DNA of 64,000 nucleotides from an uncultured Spirochaetota bacterium (GTDB lineage Bacteria; Spirochaetota; Spirochaetia; SZUA-6; Fen-1364): NCBI GenBank assembly GCA_963781885.1, contig CAWAHW010000004.1, positions 195,940 to 259,939 of the forward strand, read 5' to 3'. Shown piece by piece: positions 58,495 to 64,000 of this stretch (position 1 is its first letter; each line of letters starts with the position of its first letter). The notes under the pieces were generated by a model. It saw only the letters and a program-made list of their open reading frames with translations, ran no database searches and was not told where the DNA came from. The position numbers and the translations under genes were made by a program.

Positions 58495-59540
58495 AGCTTT
58501 TCGAGCCCTACGCGCTTGGCGATCTTGCCCTGCCCAACCGCATCGTCATGGCGCCGATGACGCGAAACCGCGCGACGGCCACGATCCCCCGGGAGATGGC
58601 CGTCATCCACTACGCGGCGCGAGCGGGCGCGGGGCTGATCGTGAGCGAGGCGACGCAAGTCTCCGTGCGCGGGCAGGGATACCATGACACGCCCGGCCTG
58701 CACACCGAGGAGCAGGTCCGCGCATGGCGCGCCGTCACCGATGCGGTGCACCGGGAAGGCGGCCGCATGTTCGTCCAGCTCTGCCACGTCGGACGGTTGT
58801 CCCATTCGGATTTCCACGGCCTCCCGCCCGTCGCGCCCTCGGCACTGCAAGTCGTGGGCTTCATCCGCACGCCGAAGGGCCTCAAGCCGTACGAGACGCC
58901 GTGGGCGCCTTCTGCTGCAGAGGTGGCGGAGATCGTCGACGAGTTCGGGCGCGCGGCGGAGCTGGCATTGGACGCAGGATTCGACGGCGTGGAGATTCAC
59001 GGGGCAAGCGGCTTTCTTATCGACCAGTTCCTGCATTCAGGGACCAACCAGAGGACGGACCGCTACGGGGGCAGCCTTGAAAACAGGCTGCGATTTGCTC
59101 TTGAGGTGGTTGAGGCCGTTGCCGGTTCCTGGGACAAATCCAGGATCGGTTTCACCGTTTCGCCGGGAGGAAGCCACAAGGGCATCCGGGACGACAATCC
59201 CCTGGAGACCTTCGCCGCTTTGGCTTCGGCCCTGGACCGGGCGGGCGTGAGCTACCTTCACGTGATAGAAGAGCCGATTGCCGACCTGAGCCCTGCCCGC
59301 CTCATGCGGGAGCATTTCCACGGCACGATAACGAGCAGCGGAAGCTACACGCGCGATTCCGCCGAAGAGGCGCTGGAAACCGGCGTGGCCGACCTCGTGG
59401 CATTCGGAAGGGCATTCACGGCAAACCCCGATCTCGTGGAGAAGCTTCGGACCGACGCACGCCTTGCCCTGCCGGATCCCAAGACGTTCTATTCAGGCGG
59501 CCCAATGGGCTACATCGACGCCGTGGCGATGAAAGCGTGA
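58491..59540 (+). CDS. Old Yellow Enzyme family NADH:flavin oxidoreductase (alkene reductase, NemA-like)
   Basis: [40 protein letters not shown] at 58491 overlaps the LLM stop (ATGA). Confidence 0.85.
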
Positions 59541-59564
59541 GTGCCCCGCGGCGCCGGCCTGCGC

Positions 59565-59996
59565 CTATATCAGTGGGATCGTTTCCTCGGAGAACTGGCG
59601 GATCCTCTCCCTGATTGCATCCCGCACTTCGCGCACCTGCCTCATGATATCCTCATCCGATCCGACAAAGGTGGAGGGATCGGGATAGGCCCACACGAGG
59701 CGCTTGCCCTGACCGGGGAAGATCGGGCAGCGATCCGCGGCCTCTTTCGAGCAGACAGCAATCACAAAGTTGTAGGACCTGCCGAGCTTGAGGAGATCGA
59801 ATACCCCCTGGGTAGTCTTCCCGGAAATATCGATGCCGTCTTCACGCAGGGCACGCACGACGTAAGGGTTCAACGTGCCGGGCTCCAGGCCGGCGCTTTC
59901 CGCCTCGAACCTGTTTCCGCCGAATTTCCTGAGATATGCCTCCGCCATCTGGCTCCGCGCGGAGTTGTGTGTGCAGATGAACAATACCCTGGGCAT
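59565..59996 (-). CDS. arsC: arsenate reductase, LMW-PTPase type (thioredoxin-coupled)
   Basis: CTHNSARS P-loop at the N-terminus. 143 aa. Confidence 0.85.
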   Translation of the reverse strand: MPRVLFICTHNSARSQMAEAYLRKFGGNRFEAESAGLEPGTLNPYVVRALREDGIDISGKTTQGVFDLLKLGRSYNFVIAVCSKEAADRCPIFPGQGKRLVWAYPDPSTFVGSDEDIMRQVREVRDAIRERIRQFSEETIPLI

Positions 59997-60008
59997 TCCT
60001 TCCTCCGA

Positions 60009-61070
60009 TTACGTGCGCGCCCCCGACCGGACCGCCGGCTCCGCGAACAGCCGCTTCTTCAACCACAGGGACACATTGACCAGTCCGAGCATGACCGGCA
60101 CCTCCACCAGGGGACCGATCACCGCCGCGAATGCCGCGCCGGAACCGATGCCAAACACGGCCACCGAAACGGCAATCGCCAGCTCGAAGTTGTTGCTCCC
60201 CGCAGTGAAGGAGAGGGTGGCCGTCCGCGCGTAGCCTGTCCCGATCGCCCGGCTCATGAAGAAGCTCACGAAGAACATGACGGTGAAATAGATCAGTAGG
60301 GGAATGGCGATCCGCAGGACATCCAGAGGGATCTGGACGATCAGGTTCCCCTTGAGGCTGAACATGACGACGATCGTGAAGAGCAGCGCCGCAAGGGTGA
60401 TCGGGCTGATCCGGGGAATGAAGCGGGCGTGATACCACTCCCTCCCCCGGACCCTCACGAGGATGAGACGCGTCAGCAGTCCCGCGAGGAAAGGTATTCC
60501 AAGATAGATGAACACGCTTTTCGCGATCTGGGCGATGGAGACATTGACCGTGGCGCCCTGGAGGCCGAATACGGGCAGCAGCACGGTGATGAAAATCCAT
60601 GCATACAGGCTGTAGAAGAGAACCTGGAAAATGCTGTTGAACGCCACCAACCCGGCGGCGTATTCCGTGTCGCCTTTCGCGAGCTCGTTCCAGACGATGA
60701 CCATTGCGATGCACCGCGCGAGACCGATCATGATCAGGCCCGTCATGTAGGCGGGATATCCCCGGAGGAAGATGATGGCCAGTGCGAACATGAGGATCGG
60801 ACCGATGATCCAGTTCTGCACGAGGGAGAGACCCAGCACCTTCCAGTTTTTGAAGACGTCGCCGAGCTCTTCATAGCGAACCTTGGCAAGCGGCGGATAC
60901 ATCATGAGGATGAGGCCGACGGCGATGGGGATATTCGTCGTTCCCACCTGGAAGCGGTTGATGAACGACGCCACCCCGGGAATCCTCCAGCCCAGAACCA
61001 CGCCCACCGCCATCGCGAGGAATATCCAGAGCGTGAGAAAGCGATCGAGGAAAGAAAGTCGACCGGTCAC
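60009..61070 (-). CDS. acr3: ACR3-family arsenite efflux transporter
   Basis: 10-TM ACR3 signature ([12 protein letters not shown]...). 353 aa. Confidence 0.9.
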   Translation of the reverse strand: MTGRLSFLDRFLTLWIFLAMAVGVVLGWRIPGVASFINRFQVGTTNIPIAVGLILMMYPPLAKVRYEELGDVFKNWKVLGLSLVQNWIIGPILMFALAIIFLRGYPAYMTGLIMIGLARCIAMVIVWNELAKGDTEYAAGLVAFNSIFQVLFYSLYAWIFITVLLPVFGLQGATVNVSIAQIAKSVFIYLGIPFLAGLLTRLILVRVRGREWYHARFIPRISPITLAALLFTIVVMFSLKGNLIVQIPLDVLRIAIPLLIYFTVMFFVSFFMSRAIGTGYARTATLSFTAGSNNFELAIAVSVAVFGIGSGAAFAAVIGPLVEVPVMLGLVNVSLWLKKRLFAEPAVRSGART

Positions 61071-61832
61071 GGTTTCACGGCCTCGATCGTCGCGGACAGG
61101 ACGTAGTTCTCAATTCCTTTGCCCGGCACCCAATCCTTCACGAAGCTGCGGCTCTCTTCCTTGGGATCGATGCGGATTCCGGTGAATCCCGCGGCCTCGA
61201 TCATCGCGGCAAGCTCGTCGACGGGTGAGGCTCCGGCAACGCACGCCGAATAGGAAGCGAGATCGCCCTGCAGCCCGTCGGGGAGCCTGCCTGACGCCAC
61301 CATGTCTGAAACAGCAAGACGGCCGCCGCTTTTCAGCACGCGAAATGCCTCGCGGAATACCTGCGGCTTGTCCGGTGAGAGATTGATCACGCAGTTGGAA
61401 ATAATGACGTCCACGGAGGCATCCGCGACGGGAAGGTGCTCGATCTCACCCAGGCGGAACTCGACATTTCGGTACATCGATTTCGCCGCGTTTGCGCGGG
61501 CGAGGGAGACCATTTCATGCGTCATGTCCACGCCGATCACCCTGCCTGTTCTCCCCTACCGATCGGGCGGCCAGGAAGCAATCGAAACCGCCGCCGCTGC
61601 CCAGGTCCAGAACGGTCTCACCTGGTTTCAGGGAAGCGATCGCCTGGGGGTTTCCGCATCCCAGCCCCAGGTTGGCGCCTTCAGGAGCGACGGCCATTTC
61701 CTCGGCCGTGTAGCCAAGGGCGGAGGTGCCGCAGGACGACCCGCATCCGCATTCGCTGCCTTGCTTGTTCGCCACCGCACCATAACGATCGCGGACCGAT
61801 GTCCGTATCTCTTCCGCGCTGAACTTCTGCAT
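61067..61832 (-). pseudogene. arsM: arsenite S-adenosylmethionine methyltransferase ArsM, frameshift near 61535 (single extra A: gagaaca)
   Basis: N-terminal Cys pair and SAM motif [11 protein letters not shown] in ORF 61515-61832. The continuation [10 protein letters not shown]... is in ORF 61067-61540. The expected junction [14 protein letters not shown] is restored by deleting one A. Confidence 0.65.
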
Positions 61833-61897
61833 GATGCACCTCCTGCAGCTATATTACTTTATGAGTATACAGTAATACCGTTGCGGCGTCAAGAAAC

Positions 61898-62239
61898 TTA
61901 GTCGCAGCCGGGCGAGGTGGCAAGCCTCTTTGCAAGCCGGGCGCGGTCCGATTCCCACTGGGGGTCCGCGTGGATCGTCTTGCACAGCGCATCCACGACC
62001 GGTCCGTAAGGCTTGGGCAGTGGTGCGCGGGAGTAGTAGGTGAAAAGGGCCTTCTTTTCGGCCGTCACGATGCCCGCGTGGCGGAGCGTCGCAAGGTGCC
62101 GGCTCAGGTTGGATTGATTGAGCTTCAGGATGCTTTCAAGGTCGCACACGCAGAGGGTCTGCTCATGGAGCAGATTGAGAATGCGCAGCCGATTCGTGTC
62201 CGCCAGGGCCTTCAACACTTCCGAGATGTCCATGCTCAT
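61898..62239 (-). CDS. arsR: ArsR/SmtB-family metalloregulatory repressor
   Basis: HTH LKALADTNRLRILNLL and metal-site Cys (CVCDLE). Start MSMDISEVL at 62239. Confidence 0.8.
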   Translation of the reverse strand: MSMDISEVLKALADTNRLRILNLLHEQTLCVCDLESILKLNQSNLSRHLATLRHAGIVTAEKKALFTYYSRAPLPKPYGPVVDALCKTIHADPQWESDRARLAKRLATSPGCD

Positions 62240-62296
62240 ACAGTAATATAGAACGGGGCCTCCGGGAAGGAGAGCGCGCGCGGTCTGAAAAAGCGC

Positions 62297-62336
62297 TTGA
62301 CACATTGCCTGATTGTTTGTAATATACAAATATTGT
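62297..62336 (+). promoter_or_regulatory. promoter TTGACA-17-TAATAT overlapping the operator 14-mer TATACAAATATTGT (copy 1), in the arsR/marR divergent region
   Basis: Read directly from the sequence. The 14-mer at 62323-62336 recurs exactly at 62850-62863. Confidence 0.4.
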
Positions 62337-62348
62337 CATGGTGAACGA

Positions 62349-62822
62349 ATGACGACGACGGGACAGAGAGAGGCGGATTCAGCGGTCGATGCCATGCAGG
62401 GGCAGCTTTGGCGACTCCTGCGCGTTCTGGAGCACATCGACCAGGAGTTCTTGAGCCGATACGGCGTGACAACGTCTCAGGGGGAGGCGCTGCTGGCTTT
62501 CTCCGACGAATCCCGCGCGAGCATGAATGAGCTGAGCCGGACTCTGGGCCTGGCCAACAGCACCATGACCCGCATGGTGGAAAACCTTGTTGGCAGGGGG
62601 CTCGTGCGCCGTGCGGAGGACGACCAGGACCGCCGCATCGTGCGCGTTGCGCTCACCGCGGAGGGACGGAAGCTCCAGGGCTCCCTGAAGGAAGCCAGGC
62701 GGGAGATCCAGCGGCTCATCCTTGCGGAGATCCGTGTGGAGGACAGGAGCACGGTGCTGGAAGTCCTCCAGAAGCTGAATACGGCGAGTGAGAAAGCCCT
62801 GCGGACCTGCTGCGGGGAGTGA
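62349..62822 (+). CDS. MarR-family transcriptional regulator
   Basis: Winged-HTH MarR pattern (SQGEALLAFSDESRASMNELSRTLGLANSTMTRMVENLVGRGLVRR). Confidence 0.75.
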   Translation: MTTTGQREADSAVDAMQGQLWRLLRVLEHIDQEFLSRYGVTTSQGEALLAFSDESRASMNELSRTLGLANSTMTRMVENLVGRGLVRRAEDDQDRRIVRVALTAEGRKLQGSLKEARREIQRLILAEIRVEDRSTVLEVLQKLNTASEKALRTCCGE

Positions 62823-62845
62823 CTCTCTTTTTTTCGGTTTTATTA

Positions 62846-62870
62846 CGTATATACAAATATTGTATATACG
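62846..62870. promoter_or_regulatory. perfect 11-3-11 palindrome CGTATATACAA-ATA-TTGTATATACG containing operator 14-mer copy 2, upstream of arsD-arsA
   Basis: Read directly from the sequence. Confidence 0.45.
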
Positions 62871-62887
62871 AATCATAGGAGGGAAAG

Positions 62888-63253
62888 ATGGATCACAAGG
62901 GTCGTGGAGAAGGTTCAGGGGAGGCAGTGCACGCGGGGGTCGTCATCCTGTCGGGTGCGTGCTGCAATCCCTCGATGGGCGGCCTGGACGAAAAAGCCAG
63001 GCAGGTGGTCGAGCGCGCGGCAGCAGAAACGGGCGTGAAGGTGCAGGTGAGCCTTCAGCCCATGTCGGCGGCGCTCTACGGAGGCGTACCGAAGGACGTT
63101 GTCGCGCAGCTCAAAAGCGACAACGAATCAGGCGGCCTGCGCATGCCCGTCGTAATGATCAACGGGAAAGCCGTGTCCTATGGCATGCCGGATGCGGCGC
63201 GAATTACCGCTGCCCTTCGCGAGCTGGCGGCTGCAAAGCCCGCGGTGATGTAG
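62888..63253 (+). CDS. arsD: ArsD arsenical metallochaperone / trans-acting repressor
   Basis: Cys pair in SGACCNPSMGG near the N-terminus. Thioredoxin-like remainder aligns with ArsD (QPMS..., G..L-rich strand before the C-terminus). Confidence 0.55.
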   Translation: MDHKGRGEGSGEAVHAGVVILSGACCNPSMGGLDEKARQVVERAAAETGVKVQVSLQPMSAALYGGVPKDVVAQLKSDNESGGLRMPVVMINGKAVSYGMPDAARITAALRELAAAKPAVM

Positions 63254-63263
63254 GGACAGCCGC

Positions 63264-64000
63264 ATGGAAACATTCGACAGGCTCCTGGCTCCGAACGGCG
63301 CGACACGGTACCTCTTCTTCGGAGGCAAAGGCGGGGTCGGCAAGACCACGATGGCGACCGCCACGGCGGTCTGGTTCGCCGACCAGGGATACAGGACCAC
63401 CATCGTCTCCACGGATCCGACGGTCAGCCTCTCCGTCATGTTCGGACAGCAGATCGGCGGCAGCGAACGGACACCCATCAGCCGGGTTGCCAACCTGCGC
63501 GGATTGAACATCAATCCCAACGACGCCCGCGGCGTCTTCCAGTCGCGTCTGAACAGCATCACGGGCCAGATGAACGAAACATTCGGCGACGGCGTGATCG
63601 CCACCCCGTGCGCGGAGGAGATGGCCACGTTCGACCAGTTCGTCACGTTCCTGGACGAGCCGGACGCGGACGTGATCGTCTTCGATACGGCGCCAACCGG
63701 CAAGAGCTTGCGAGAGCTGGCCATGCCATTCGATTGGGCGGGCTTTCTGCAGAAGCAGGTGCGGGACGGAAAAAAGATGGCAGAGCTGATGCGCATGGGC
63801 GAGGATTCCCTGGCGAATCTCGACAAGGACAGGCTGCGCTACGAGCATGCCCTTTCCGTGCTCCGCAGCGAGGCGACGACTGTCTTCAGTCTTGTCCTCA
63901 TACCGGAAAAGCTGCCCATCGAGGAGACACACAGCGCGATTGCCGGTCTTGCCCGGCTGGGCATCCCCGTGCAGGCGCTGATTGTCAACCAATGCATCCA
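63264..64000 (+). CDS. arsA: arsenite-transporting ATPase ArsA (N-terminal part; runs off window end)
   Basis: Deviant Walker A GGKGGVGKTT, DTAPTG signature. Confidence 0.9.
   Translation, partial: METFDRLLAPNGATRYLFFGGKGGVGKTTMATATAVWFADQGYRTTIVSTDPTVSLSVMFGQQIGGSERTPISRVANLRGLNINPNDARGVFQSRLNSITGQMNETFGDGVIATPCAEEMATFDQFVTFLDEPDADVIVFDTAPTGKSLRELAMPFDWAGFLQKQVRDGKKMAELMRMGEDSLANLDKDRLRYEHALSVLRSEATTVFSLVLIPEKLPIEETHSAIAGLARLGIPVQALIVNQCI

Overview
This is a high-GC (roughly 65%) chromosomal segment from a diderm bacterium, shown by an outer-membrane beta-barrel protein ending in Phe. The first 8 kb are housekeeping genes: ftsH (partial, minus strand), trpS, a 6-phosphofructokinase, and metK translationally coupled to an AmmeMemoRadiSam-type radical SAM gene. 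An EFR1-type ferredoxin follows, then a frameshifted MerR-like gene and a tRNA-Asn(GUU). Immediately downstream of the tRNA is a small islet with lower GC, frameshifted genes and an inverted copy of the tRNA 3' end. After that come a porin gene with a strong terminator, a CHASE3 histidine kinase and a hybrid REC-kinase, and an IclR-controlled operon (TPP enzyme, split transketolase, RpiB-like isomerase, Gfo/Idh/MocA oxidoreductase). Next are a glycosyltransferase, a second EFR1 ferredoxin and an SDR operon, and a complete IS element (DDE transposase, imperfect 20-bp inverted repeats, 9-bp target-site duplication). The most unusual locus is a five-gene cluster at 26.7-30.9 kb ending in a TPR-like protein and a CHAT-domain (caspase-like) protease, preceded by three uncharacterised small proteins. 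Further downstream are thioredoxin, a hybrid sensor kinase, an ABC-2 exporter, and a defence-like islet (VapBC, HNH endonuclease, Phd/RelE). Then come a Zn alcohol dehydrogenase, an AraC regulator, an MFS transporter fused to a SnoaL-like domain with a divergent TetR, and a YebE-like protein. A three-gene operon of large secreted beta-propeller proteins follows, then an MFS transporter with a CrtI-like oxidase, a membrane-anchored sialidase-like protein, NUDIX, LLM and OYE oxidoreductases. The window ends in an arsenic-resistance island (arsC, acr3, arsM, arsR | marR-like, arsD, arsA). At least ten single-base frameshifts occur, all in accessory genes and mostly at short homopolymers. No CRISPR array or rRNA was found. 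All calls are made by eye from motifs; no database search was run.
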